Positions 1 through 8,350 of a DNA stretch of 49,408 nucleotides are shown in pieces. Origin of the DNA: Candidatus Limnocylindria bacterium (lineage in GTDB: Bacteria; Chloroflexota; Limnocylindria; QHBO01); assembly GCA_036555005.1 (NCBI GenBank), contig DATBME010000054.1, positions 1 to 49,408 on the forward strand, read 5' to 3'. Position 1 is the stretch's first letter, and each line of letters opens with the position of its first letter. A program made the position numbers and the translations under genes. The notes below the pieces were generated by a model. It saw nothing but the letters and a program-made list of their open reading frames with translations, had not been told where the DNA came from and searched no databases.

Positions 1-127
1 CGGTGCGCACCGCGTCGCCGCGGATCAGGGTCCGGTGGCCGACCCGCACGCCGGTGACGTCGGTGATGGCATTCAGGCGCCCGGTTGGCAGCTGGCCGAT
101 GACGATCCCCAGGTCACGCGCGCGCAT
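1..127 (-). CDS. S58/DmpA-family (P1) aminopeptidase, N-terminal 42 codons only; the gene runs off the window start
   Basis: Hand translation of the minus strand from ATG at 127 gives MRARDLGIVIGQLPTGRLNAITDVTGVRVGHRTLIRGDAVRT, a typical DmpA-like N-terminus. The start overlaps the upstream MFS stop by 14 nt. Absent from the ORF track because it is truncated. Confidence 0.55.
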   Translation of the reverse strand, partial: MRARDLGIVIGQLPTGRLNAITDVTGVRVGHRTLIRGDAVRT

Positions 128-1820
128 CGACCGTCTCCTCCGTCGCTGCCGGCTCGGACGGGCCGGACACGGCCACGGCGCCGAGATGCCGCGCCACCGT
201 GGCCTCGGCAGCCTCGACGCTGGCCGGCTGGCCGGTCACGGCCTCCAGGAAGGTGGTCCGATCCAGGGAGACGAGCTGGGTCGCCTCCAGCGCCTCGATC
301 GTTGCCGTGCGCGGAACGTTGCGCAGCAGCGCGATCTCGCCGAACGACTCGCCGGCGCCCTCCTCGCGGACCCGCCGCCCATCGATGCTGACCGCCACCC
401 GGCCCTCGGTGATGATGAAGAAGTGGTCGCCCGGCTCGCCCTGGCGCACCACCGCCGAGCCGGGGTGGGCGTGGACCGGCACCATGGCCGCCGCCAGCCG
501 CTCGATGGCGGGCGCGCCCAGCGGCGCGAACATGGGGATGGAGCGCAGCAGCGCCACCTCGCGTGGCCGCGCCACGGCCGCGTCGTCCAGCCGCCGCATG
601 GTCGGCCAGGCGAAGGCCGCGGCCAGCAGCATGGCGCCGGCCGCCAGCAGGAAGGCGCCGCGCTCACCGGTCAGGACGATCAGCACCGGCGCCACGATGG
701 AGCCGATCGCCAGCGACGCCATGTGGATGCCCTCCAGCACGCCGAACAGGCGAGCCAGCATGCGCGGATCGGTGGCCCGCTGCAGCAGGGTGGTGGCGCT
801 CACGTCCATCACCACCCGGCCGATGCCGGCGACCGCAAGCATGGTCGCCGCCGCGGGCGCGCTCGACAGCAGGCCGATCCCCGCCAGCGGCAGCGTCCAG
901 AGCAGCAGCCCGAATCCCAGTGGCGCGGCCAGGCCACGGCGCCCGACCAGGCTGACGCTCAGCGCGGCGCCGAGCAGCCCACCGGCGCCCAGCGCCGCAT
1001 TCAGGAACCCCACCCCCGATTCGCCCAGCGCCAGCACATCCAGCGCCAGGACCACGATGAACACGTCCAGCGCTCCCCACAGCACGGCCGCCGCGCCCAG
1101 CACCGACAGGACAGCGCGCGGCCGTCGCTCGCGAACGAGCAGGCGCAACCCGTCCACCGCGTCGGGCAACGCGGTGCGCCAGCCGGCCACCTGGCGCTCG
1201 GGGATCGCGTCGCCCGCGACCGGTTGAATGCCCCGCACCAGGATGGCCGACACCGTTTCCACCAGCGCGGCGCCCAGGAAGACGGTCGCCGACCCGGTCA
1301 GCGCCAGCGCCAGTCCGGCCAGCGCCGGCCCGACCAGCATCGAGGCGGTCGCGATCCCGCCGGCGGCCACGTTCGCAGCCGTCAGCTCGGACGGCGTCCG
1401 CGAGATCGACGGCAGGATGGCGGCCTGGATCGGTCGCGTCAGGGTGATCGAGGAGGCCGCCACCGCGGCGGCCAGGTAGACGATCCAGGCCGGCGCATCA
1501 ACCAGCAGGAGCAGGCCGGTGGCGGTCATCGCGGCGACCTGGACGAGGTAGGCGATGAGCAGCGCCCGTTCCCGGCGCATGCGGTCGCCCAGCGTGGCGG
1601 CCAGCGGGGCGACGACTGCCGACGGTGCCAGCTGGATGAGGGCGGCGATGCCGGTCTCGGTGGCGCCCCCTCGGTTGTAGGCGTAGACCAGGATCGCGAT
1701 CCAGGTCGCCCATTCGGCCAGCGAGAAGCCGATGAAGGCCGCCAGCACGCGGCGCAGCGAGGCGTTGTGGAAGACGGCGGCCACGACGGCGAGGGGGGCC
1801 GGCAGGGAGGGCCTCGACAC
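114..1820 (-). CDS. MFS transporter fused to a C-terminal cyclic-nucleotide-binding (CAP effector) domain
   Basis: 568-aa ORF with a GTG start. About 400 aa of MFS-like hydrophobic helices are followed by a cNMP cassette, QGEPGDHFFIITEGRV...GESFGEIALLRNVPRTATIEAL. GATGAT-N6-GTG lies upstream. Confidence 0.8.
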   Translation of the reverse strand: MSRPSLPAPLAVVAAVFHNASLRRVLAAFIGFSLAEWATWIAILVYAYNRGGATETGIAALIQLAPSAVVAPLAATLGDRMRRERALLIAYLVQVAAMTATGLLLLVDAPAWIVYLAAAVAASSITLTRPIQAAILPSISRTPSELTAANVAAGGIATASMLVGPALAGLALALTGSATVFLGAALVETVSAILVRGIQPVAGDAIPERQVAGWRTALPDAVDGLRLLVRERRPRAVLSVLGAAAVLWGALDVFIVVLALDVLALGESGVGFLNAALGAGGLLGAALSVSLVGRRGLAAPLGFGLLLWTLPLAGIGLLSSAPAAATMLAVAGIGRVVMDVSATTLLQRATDPRMLARLFGVLEGIHMASLAIGSIVAPVLIVLTGERGAFLLAAGAMLLAAAFAWPTMRRLDDAAVARPREVALLRSIPMFAPLGAPAIERLAAAMVPVHAHPGSAVVRQGEPGDHFFIITEGRVAVSIDGRRVREEGAGESFGEIALLRNVPRTATIEALEATQLVSLDRTTFLEAVTGQPASVEAAEATVARHLGAVAVSGPSEPAATEETVDARA

Positions 1821-1852
1821 CGCGCGATCATCGCACGGCGGATGAGTGTCGC

Positions 1853-2239
1853 CTAGCAGTTGCAGGCGGCCACGGTGGCCGCCACGAACTCCTCGGGCTG
1901 TGCGGTCTTGGACACGAAAGCGGCCTGGGGCGGCATGCCGTCGGGCTCATCGGTCCAGCCCATCAGGACCACCCGGATCGATGGCCAGCCGAGGGCGACG
2001 CCGGACAGGAGGGCGCGGCCGGCGTCGATGTCGGGCAGCCGTGGATCCACCAGCAGGACGCTGGGATGCCCATTCTCGACCAGCTCGAGCGCGGTGCGCA
2101 CGTCGCCGGCGGTGCCGATCACCTCCACCCCGGCCACGCGCAGCACTTCGGCGATCGACTGCTGCACGCGACGATCCGCGTCGACGACGGCGACGCGGCT
2201 GGGAGTCTCCGGCGACTCCGAAGTGACGGGGCTGGACAT
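1853..2239 (-). CDS. Receiver-only response regulator (CheY-like, no output domain)
   Basis: 128 aa. Acidic pocket VAVVDAD, phospho-acceptor context VLLVDPRLPDID and conserved Lys in FVSKT. TAGGAT-N6-ATG lies upstream. Confidence 0.8.
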   Translation of the reverse strand: MSSPVTSESPETPSRVAVVDADRRVQQSIAEVLRVAGVEVIGTAGDVRTALELVENGHPSVLLVDPRLPDIDAGRALLSGVALGWPSIRVVLMGWTDEPDGMPPQAAFVSKTAQPEEFVAATVAACNC

Positions 2240-2271
2240 GCGATGATCCTACGCCCGCCCACGAAGCTTCT

Positions 2272-2291
2272 CGTCGTCGGAAGCGACGACG
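2272..2291 (-). terminator. Intercistronic hairpin between the kinase and the receiver gene (8-bp GC-rich stem, GAAG/CTTC loop, no U-tract)
   Basis: cgtcgtcg-gaag-cgacgacg is a perfect inverted repeat, flanked by the direct repeat acgcccgcc(c/t)acg at 2251 and 2289. Confidence 0.35.
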
Positions 2292-2301
2292 CCCGCCTAC
2301 G

Positions 2302-5292
2302 TCATTCCGCCGACCCGGCGCCCTCCGCTGCCAGCACCGGGGAGCCGTCGGTCGCCGCCGCGGCCAGGGGCAGCGTCATGCGCACGCGCGTGCCATTCCC
2401 CGGCCGATGCCCCACCTCCAGCTCAGCGCCGATCCGCTCGGCACGTTGCTGCATGCCGATCAGCCCCAGGTGCCCGCGCGCGATCTCGGCGGGATCGAAG
2501 CCGATCCCGTCGTCCTCGACGGTGAGGCGCACCTTGCGGCCGGCGCGGCGCAGCTCGATCCGGGCGGTGTGCGCATTGGCGTGCTTGACCACGTTGTGCA
2601 GCGCCTCCTGCGCCACCCGGTAGAACGCTTCCTCGATGTCGAGCGGCAGGCGCTCCTCGGACTCGACCTCGACCAGGACCTCCAATCCGGTGCGTCCCTG
2701 CACCGCGGCGCCGTGGTTGCGCAGCGCCTGGGCCAGCCCATCGGTCTCCAGGCCCTGCGGGCGGAGCTCGAAGATGAGGGTCCGCATCTCGGCCAGGGCG
2801 TCCTTCTGGAGCTCCTGCAGCTCGGCCAGCTTCTGGCGCGCGGCCTGCGGGTCGCGGTCCAGCAGCAGCTCCAGGGCACGGGCCGTGAGGCCCATGCTGA
2901 ACAGCGCCTGCGTGACCGAGTCGTGAAGCTCGCGCGCCAGGTTGGCGCGCTCCTCGTTGGCGGCGATGGCCCCCGCCTGTCGCCGCAGGTCCTCCTCCAT
3001 CCGCTCGCGCGCGCGAATGTCCCGGACCGATCCGTGAGCGCCGGCGAATCGGCCGTCGACCACCGTCGCCACCATGCTGATCTCGACGGCCATGGTGCCG
3101 CCGCCCGCCAGCGGCAGGTCCAGCCGCACCTGCTGCTCGTCCTCCGGCTGGACCTGCATGGCGCGCCAGGCCGAGCGGACCGCCGCCAGCGTGGTCGGCG
3201 TGCTGATGACCTCGAACGGCTTGCCCAGCAGCTCCTCCTGGCGGAAGCCGGTCATGCGCTCCAGCGACTCGCCCAGGTAGGTGAAGGTGCCGTCCGCATC
3301 GACCGACCAGACCAGGTCGGGCGAGTTGTCGACCAGGTGCCGGTAGCGGCGCTCCGAGTCGCGCAGCTGCTCGTACAGGCGCGCGTTGCGGGCGGCGATC
3401 GAGCCCTGGCCGGCCAGCTCCTGCAGCAGCGCCACATCGCGCGGGTCGACGTTCCGAGGCTGGGCGTAGGTGATGGCCAGCGTCCCGATCACCTCGCCGC
3501 CGCTGCCGAACAGCGGGGCGACCGCCACCGCGCCCAGCTGCAACCGGGCGGGCGACTCGTCGTCCGGGTCATGGGGCAGGCGCGGATCGGCCAGGTAGTC
3601 ATCGGTCCAGGCCGGCTTGGCGGTCGCAGCCGCCAGGCCGTTGATGCCGCCGCCCACCGGGAAGCGCTGGCGGTGCAGCCAGGCGCGCGTCTTCTCATCG
3701 GTGTCGCCGGCCATGACCATGGGGATCAGGTTCAGCCCGTCGTCGTCCATCAGGGTCAGATGGGCGCCGTCCGAGCCGAGCAGCCGCTTCGAGGCGTCGA
3801 CCACCTGCTGGAGCGTCTCGCCGGCGTCGTCGACCTCCACGATGCGTCGGGCGATCTCGCCCAGCGTGCGCTGCACCTCCACGCCGCGGGACAGCTCCAG
3901 CGTCTGCTTGCGCAGGCCCTCCTCCAGGGCGACGCGCTCGCGGATGTCGCGCACCGAGCCGTGGCCGCCGGCGAACTCGCCGTCGAGCACCGTTCCCAGC
4001 CCGTTGACCTCCATGGTGATGTGGGTTCCGTCGCGGTGCACCACGTTCAGCCGGTACTGCTGCGGCTGGTCGGGCTCGTCCACCACCCGCTGCCAGTGCT
4101 CCAGCACGTTGGGCAGCGACTCCGGCGCCACGATCTCGGCGAAGTGATGGCCGATCAGCTCCTCCGGCGCCCACCCCATCAGGCTGCGCACGGTCTCCGA
4201 CAGATAGGTGAAGTTGCCGTCGCGGTCGACCGTCCAGATCAGGTCCGGCGAGTTGTCGACCAGGAACCGATAGCGCCGGCTGGACTCGGTCATCTGCTCG
4301 GACAGCCGGGCGTTGGCGATGGCGATGGCCGCGATGTCGGCCAGGCTCTGCAGCAGCTCGATCTCATCCGGCCGCGTGTCGCGAGCGTGCTGCCACGAGA
4401 TCGCCAGCGTTCCGAAGATCGCGCCCTCAGGCGCGCGCAGCGGGGCGACGGCCATGCCGCGCAGCCCCATCCGACCGGCCACCGCCTGGTCGTCGGCGGT
4501 GTGCGGGATGCGCGGGTCGACCAGGTAGTCGTGGGTCCAGACCGGCTCGCCCCGCTCGGCGGCCAGCCCGTTCATCCCGCCGCCGATCGGGAAGACCTGC
4601 AGCGAGAGCCACTCGCGGGTGTCGTCGTCGACGCCACCGGCCACGACGTGCGGCCGCAGGATCGGCTCATCGGGATCCCGCAGGGTCAGGTGCGCACTGT
4701 CCGACCCGATCAGGCGCTGGGCGCCGTCGACCACCTGCTGCAGTAGCTCGTCCGGGTCGCGGATGGCGGTGATCTGCGCGGCCAGCTTCTGGAGCGTGCG
4801 CTGCGTCTCGATCCGCAGCTTGAGCTCGGCCGCCTGTTGCCGGTTGGCGATCGCCGTGGCGGCGTGGTCGCCCAGCGCGCGCAGCAGCCGGATCTGCGCC
4901 TCGCTGAAGGCGGCCGGACGGTTGGCATAAGCGCCCATCGCGCCGATCACCTGCTCCCCGGCGACCAGCGGCGTCACCGCCATCGAGCGCATCCCGGCGG
5001 CGCGCACGATCTCATCGGCCACCGGCGAGTGCTCGAAGCGCTTGTCGACAGGGTAGTCGTCGGTGACGGTCAGCTGTCGCCGGCTGACGGTCGTGCCGAA
5101 CATCCCCACCCCGATGGGCAGGTTCAGGTCGCGGATCAGGCGCCGGGCGCGACGGTCGGTGATGCCCGCGTCGTAGGCGAAGCGCAGCGTCTCACTGGCC
5201 TCGTCGACCAGGTAGATCATCGCGCCGTCTGCCTGGAGCAGGCGGGCCACCTCCGTGACGGCGCCCTTCAGGAGCTCGGCTTCGGCCGTCAT
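2302..5292 (-). CDS. Multi-domain sensor histidine kinase: GAF, then two GAF-PAS units, then HisKA_3 and HATPase_c
   Basis: 996 aa. Repeated GAF-like and PAS-like (YRFLVDNSPDLIW / YRHLVDNSPDLVW) segments. H-box ARELHDSVTQALFSM is typical of NarX/DesK-type HisKA_3. The C-terminal ATPase has HNVVKHANA...DDGIGF...GLIGMQQRA. Confidence 0.9.
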   Translation of the reverse strand: MTAEAELLKGAVTEVARLLQADGAMIYLVDEASETLRFAYDAGITDRRARRLIRDLNLPIGVGMFGTTVSRRQLTVTDDYPVDKRFEHSPVADEIVRAAGMRSMAVTPLVAGEQVIGAMGAYANRPAAFSEAQIRLLRALGDHAATAIANRQQAAELKLRIETQRTLQKLAAQITAIRDPDELLQQVVDGAQRLIGSDSAHLTLRDPDEPILRPHVVAGGVDDDTREWLSLQVFPIGGGMNGLAAERGEPVWTHDYLVDPRIPHTADDQAVAGRMGLRGMAVAPLRAPEGAIFGTLAISWQHARDTRPDEIELLQSLADIAAIAIANARLSEQMTESSRRYRFLVDNSPDLIWTVDRDGNFTYLSETVRSLMGWAPEELIGHHFAEIVAPESLPNVLEHWQRVVDEPDQPQQYRLNVVHRDGTHITMEVNGLGTVLDGEFAGGHGSVRDIRERVALEEGLRKQTLELSRGVEVQRTLGEIARRIVEVDDAGETLQQVVDASKRLLGSDGAHLTLMDDDGLNLIPMVMAGDTDEKTRAWLHRQRFPVGGGINGLAAATAKPAWTDDYLADPRLPHDPDDESPARLQLGAVAVAPLFGSGGEVIGTLAITYAQPRNVDPRDVALLQELAGQGSIAARNARLYEQLRDSERRYRHLVDNSPDLVWSVDADGTFTYLGESLERMTGFRQEELLGKPFEVISTPTTLAAVRSAWRAMQVQPEDEQQVRLDLPLAGGGTMAVEISMVATVVDGRFAGAHGSVRDIRARERMEEDLRRQAGAIAANEERANLARELHDSVTQALFSMGLTARALELLLDRDPQAARQKLAELQELQKDALAEMRTLIFELRPQGLETDGLAQALRNHGAAVQGRTGLEVLVEVESEERLPLDIEEAFYRVAQEALHNVVKHANAHTARIELRRAGRKVRLTVEDDGIGFDPAEIARGHLGLIGMQQRAERIGAELEVGHRPGNGTRVRMTLPLAAAATDGSPVLAAEGAGSAE

Positions 5293-5470
5293 TGCGGCTG
5301 AGGATACGGGATCGAACCTCGACCGGCGCTGCGGGCGCCTACGTCATCCGGCCGACCGGCGCATCGGTCCAGGATCCCATGACCTCCTCATGCCCATGCC
5401 GGATGGTGGCGAGGTGCGACGGCCGTACGGTTGCACCAGCGAACCACATCTGACGGAGACCCAATCCCCC

Positions 5471-5914
5471 ATGACCGCATCGACCCATCCGGCAACAGGC
5501 GCGTCGCGCGCCTTCGGCGTCGCGCTGACGGCCGGCATCGTGGCCCTCGCGCTGACGACGGCCTACATCCACCTCGGGCTGGGTGGCCTGCTCTTCACGC
5601 TGAACGGACTCGGCTACATCGGCCTGGCCGTCCTGTACGTGATCGGCGCCGTGGCCCCACATCCGCTGATCGCGCGCTTCAGCTGGTTCCCGCGCGTCGC
5701 CTTGGGCGGCTATGCGGCGCTCACCATCGTGGCCTGGGCGCTCCAGGGCCCCTACTTCGAGTTGGCGTACCTCGCCAAGGGAGTGGAGGTCGCGCTGATC
5801 GGACTGATCACGATCGACGTGTTCCGCGTCTTCGGCAGCCCCATGGGCCTGATCCGCTCCGCCGTGGCCTCGGTCTTCGGTGAGCGGACCGGCGGCATGA
5901 CGGCAGCCGTCTGA
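5471..5914 (+). CDS. Integral membrane protein, about 4 TM helices, unknown function
   Basis: Internal ATG of track ORF 5255..5914. From MTASTHPATG the sequence is strongly hydrophobic (GIVALALTTAYIHLGLGGLLFTLNGLGYIGLAVLYVIGAV...). The upstream 72 codons look non-coding. Confidence 0.6.
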   Translation: MTASTHPATGASRAFGVALTAGIVALALTTAYIHLGLGGLLFTLNGLGYIGLAVLYVIGAVAPHPLIARFSWFPRVALGGYAALTIVAWALQGPYFELAYLAKGVEVALIGLITIDVFRVFGSPMGLIRSAVASVFGERTGGMTAAV

Positions 5915-5939
5915 TCGACCTGACGGCACGAATCCGCGC

Positions 5940-6032
5940 ATGTCCCCGCTGCTCGTGGCCTGCGCCATCCTGTGGCTGGTGCTGGCGCTGATGACGATCG
6001 CGCGCCGACGAGCGTCCCGCACGCAACGCTGA
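5940..6032 (+). CDS. Candidate 30-aa single-TM micropeptide
   Basis: Hand-found ORF below the track cutoff: MSPLLVACAILWLVLALMTIARRRASRTQR, a hydrophobic helix plus a basic tail. It lies 25 nt after the membrane protein gene and is followed by a terminator. Confidence 0.35.
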   Translation: MSPLLVACAILWLVLALMTIARRRASRTQR

Positions 6033-6060
6033 GCCTGAACCCGATCACCGACACACCGAC

Positions 6061-6093
6061 GCCCCGACCACACCCCGCGGTCGGGGCGTTTTC
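6061..6093 (+). terminator. Intrinsic terminator
   Basis: gccccgacc-acaccccgc-ggtcggggc forms a 9-bp stem and is followed by GTTTTC. Confidence 0.6.
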
Positions 6094-6321
6094 GCTGCGC
6101 CGCTCAAGACCCGGGCCGCGAGGCTTTTTCTCCGGTCATCCAGCCGGTGACTGATACGACCACGGAGCCGCTGACGTGCTCCGCCGATACACGAATCCGG
6201 GCTACCTGGTCCGGATAACCACCGATTCAGTGCGACGAGTGAGTCGAATCGGCGCCAGGGCGACGTTCCTTGGTGCATTCAGTCACCTGCTGACTAACCG
6301 CGCACCGGGCCCGACCCGCGA

Positions 6322-6978
6322 TCAGACGGGGTCGACCAGCTTGTGCTCCACCGCCCACAGCGCGGCCTGCGTGCGGCTGGCCAGCCCGAGCTTGCCCAGG
6401 ATGTTGCTGACGTGGGTGCGTGCGGTGCGCTCGGTTATCGACAGCTCGTAGGCGATCTCTTTGTTCGAGGCGCCCTTGGCCAGCTGCGAGAGCACCTCCT
6501 TCTCGCGCGGGGTCAGCGGCTCCACCGGCTCGGTGTCGCGCCGGTTGCGCATGCGCTGGGCCAGCAGCCGGGCCACCGCCGCATCGAGATGCACCTCGCC
6601 GGCGTGCGCCGAGCGAATGGCGGCCGCCACCTCCTCGGCATCGGCGTCCTTGAGGAGGTAGCCGCTGGCACCCGCCTCCAGCGCGGCGGTCACCTTCTCT
6701 TCCTCGATGAAGCTGGTGACCGCGATGATCTCGATCATCGGGCTGGCCTGCTTGATGGTGCCGATCGCCGTGAGGCCGTCCATGTTCGGCATCAGCAGGT
6801 CCATCAGCACCACGTCGGGGCTCAGCTCGGCGGCCTTCGCACAGGCGATCACGCCGTCGGGCGCCTCGCCGACGACCTCGATATCCGGTTGCAGCTCCAG
6901 GAAGCCCCGCAGCCCGCGGCGCACGACCTCGTGGTCGTCGACCAGCATGACCCGGATGCGCTCGGACTCCTCCGTCAC
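6322..6978 (-). CDS. NarL/LuxR-family response regulator (REC plus GerE HTH)
   Basis: IRVMLVDDHEVVRRGL...DVVLMDLLMPNMDG...GASGYLLKD, then C-terminal LTPREKEVLSQLAKGASNKEIAYELSITERTARTHVSNILGKLG. GTG at 6978 was chosen; ATG at 6948 is an alternative. The track ORF is extended 5-prime to 7170. Confidence 0.88.
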   Translation of the reverse strand: MTEESERIRVMLVDDHEVVRRGLRGFLELQPDIEVVGEAPDGVIACAKAAELSPDVVLMDLLMPNMDGLTAIGTIKQASPMIEIIAVTSFIEEEKVTAALEAGASGYLLKDADAEEVAAAIRSAHAGEVHLDAAVARLLAQRMRNRRDTEPVEPLTPREKEVLSQLAKGASNKEIAYELSITERTARTHVSNILGKLGLASRTQAALWAVEHKLVDPV

Positions 6979-7159
6979 GCGGCAGAGGATAGCCGCTCCG
7001 GATGGGACGGCCGCGCCCGACGAGCGCTCGCCGGCCGAATGACGTAGGCAGAAGCCGGCCCATCGGCCGATGCATCGCCCCCAGTCCGGGGCGGACACTG
7101 CCATCGCTCGGAGAAGGCGCCGACCAGAGGCGCGGCCGAGCGAGAAAGGAGGTCGAAGG

Positions 7160-7345
7160 GTGCGCGCCATTGGACCCTACCTGAGCGAAGCCGCACTGTT
7201 CCCGCCGCCGCGGCCTCCGTTCGGCGACAAGCCGGAACGGCCGCATCAGCGACCAAGGCTGGGCTTCACGGCTCGCCTGGGCATGCTGTGGACCCTGCCG
7301 GAGACCACGCCGATCCTGCCGCCGCTGCGCAACTACCCGCGCTGA
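7160..7345 (+). CDS. Candidate 61-aa proline-rich small protein
   Basis: GTG is preceded by GAAAGGAGG plus 7 nt. By hand count 51 of 61 codons end in G/C. A strong hairpin follows 15 nt after the stop. The track shows it as the tail of ORF 7070..7345. Confidence 0.4.
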   Translation: MRAIGPYLSEAALFPPPRPPFGDKPERPHQRPRLGFTARLGMLWTLPETTPILPPLRNYPR

Positions 7346-7359
7346 TATCGCATATCCCC

Positions 7360-7394
7360 GGAGGGAGGTGGGCACCGAGAATCCACCTCCCTCT
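7360..7394 (+). terminator. Strong hairpin (12-bp stem) after the small ORF, with a weak T-tract
   Basis: ggagggaggtgg-N11-ccacctccctct, followed by tcctgt. Confidence 0.45.
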
Positions 7395-7418
7395 TCCTGT
7401 GCCCGCTAAGGTCTGGAG

Positions 7419-8024
7419 ATGAGCGGGCAGGCTGAACCGATTCGCTGCGGTTGGGGCGAGGGCGATCCCCTGAACCTCGCCTACCACGATGCCGAGTGGG
7501 GCGTGCCCATCACTGACGATCGGGCATTGTTCGAGCTGCTCTGCCTGGAGGGCGCCCAGGCCGGCCTCTCCTGGACGACGATTCTGCGCAAGCGCGAGGG
7601 CTACCGCCGCGCCTTCGAGGGCTTCGACCCCGCGCGGCTGGCCGCCTGGGGCGAGCCAGAGGTCGAACGCCTGCTGGCCGATGCCGGGATCGTGCGCAAC
7701 CGGGCGAAAGTCCGCTCGGTGCTGGCCAATGCACGGGCCCTCGTGGCCCTGACCGACCGTCCCGGCGCGTTCGCCGCACGCTGCTGGTCGTTCGTCGATG
7801 GTCGCCCGATCCTGAACCGATGGTCGGCCATGGGCCAGGTCCCGGCCGAGACCGATGCCTCGCGCGCCCTGTCGCGCGACCTCCGCCGGCATGGCTTCAG
7901 CTTCGTGGGCCCCACCATCGTGTACGCCTTCATGCAGTCGGCGGGCCTGGTCAACGATCACCTGGTCGCCTGCTTCCGCCATGCCGAGGTGGCGGAGCTG
8001 GGCCGATCGGTGCAAATGACGTAG
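7419..8024 (+). CDS. tag: DNA-3-methyladenine glycosylase I
   Basis: 201 aa. LAYHDAEWGVPITDDRALFELLCLEGAQAGLSWTTILRKREGYRRAF... is a typical Tag signature. TAAGGT-N6-ATG lies upstream. Confidence 0.9.
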   Translation: MSGQAEPIRCGWGEGDPLNLAYHDAEWGVPITDDRALFELLCLEGAQAGLSWTTILRKREGYRRAFEGFDPARLAAWGEPEVERLLADAGIVRNRAKVRSVLANARALVALTDRPGAFAARCWSFVDGRPILNRWSAMGQVPAETDASRALSRDLRRHGFSFVGPTIVYAFMQSAGLVNDHLVACFRHAEVAELGRSVQMT

Positions 8025-8131
8025 GCCGCAACGCGACGCTTGCCGCTTGGGCCGGCCCGCCTCCCGCACCCAGACTGATGCCCGACGCACGACCGCGACC
8101 GCGGCCGGCGATCGGAAAGGAGGCCAACCGC

Positions 8132-8290
8132 ATGCATCCCGTCACCATGCAGCTGGTGGCCGAGGTACGGGCCTGGGAGATGCTCCTGAAGCCGCGCCAG
8201 ACCCGTTCGATCCGACCCTCGGAGCGTGAGGCATCGGCACCGATGCGTCGCTCCGCCGCCGGACCAACCCCGACCGCCCGCGCCGCCTGA
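8132..8290 (+). CDS. Candidate 52-aa basic small protein
   Basis: ATG is preceded by GAAAGGAGG plus 8 nt. By hand count 42 of 52 codons end in G/C. A perfect 13-bp-stem terminator follows. Tail of track ORF 7820..8290. Confidence 0.4.
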   Translation: MHPVTMQLVAEVRAWEMLLKPRQTRSIRPSEREASAPMRRSAAGPTPTARAA

Positions 8291-8304
8291 CTTCTCAGGC
8301 AACC

Positions 8305-8350
8305 ACGACCCGGCCCGCCGCCACCGACGGGCCGGGTCGTTTCCGCTTTC
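8305..8350 (+). terminator. Intrinsic terminator
   Basis: acgacccggcccg-N10-cgggccgggtcgt (perfect 13 bp), followed by ttccgctttc. Confidence 0.6.

Noticed and set aside
3-1856. 617-aa plus-strand ORF covering the whole MFS-cNMP gene
   Set aside because: Extremely Arg/Gly/Pro/His-rich low-complexity translation on the antisense of a gene with clear MFS and cNMP motifs. This is a typical high-GC shadow ORF.
2407-4746. 779-aa plus-strand ORF antisense to the histidine kinase
   Set aside because: No recognisable motifs and a biased L/R/G/A/Q composition. The opposite strand encodes coherent GAF, PAS, HisKA_3 and HATPase domains.
6094-6321. Possible structured RNA in the lower-GC gap downstream of the NarL-type regulator gene (7-bp inverted repeat ccgattc…gaatcgg at 6232..6262)
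   Set aside because: Only a short stem with a 17-nt loop and no flanking conserved-looking elements or U-tract. This is insufficient evidence without covariance or expression data.
7360-7394. SD/anti-SD-like hairpin (GGAGGGAGGTGG paired with CCACCTCCCTCT) as a translational riboswitch for tag
   Set aside because: The SD-like arm is about 50 nt from the tag ATG, and tag appears leaderless (TAAGGT-N6-ATG). The hairpin is better explained as the terminator of the upstream small ORF.
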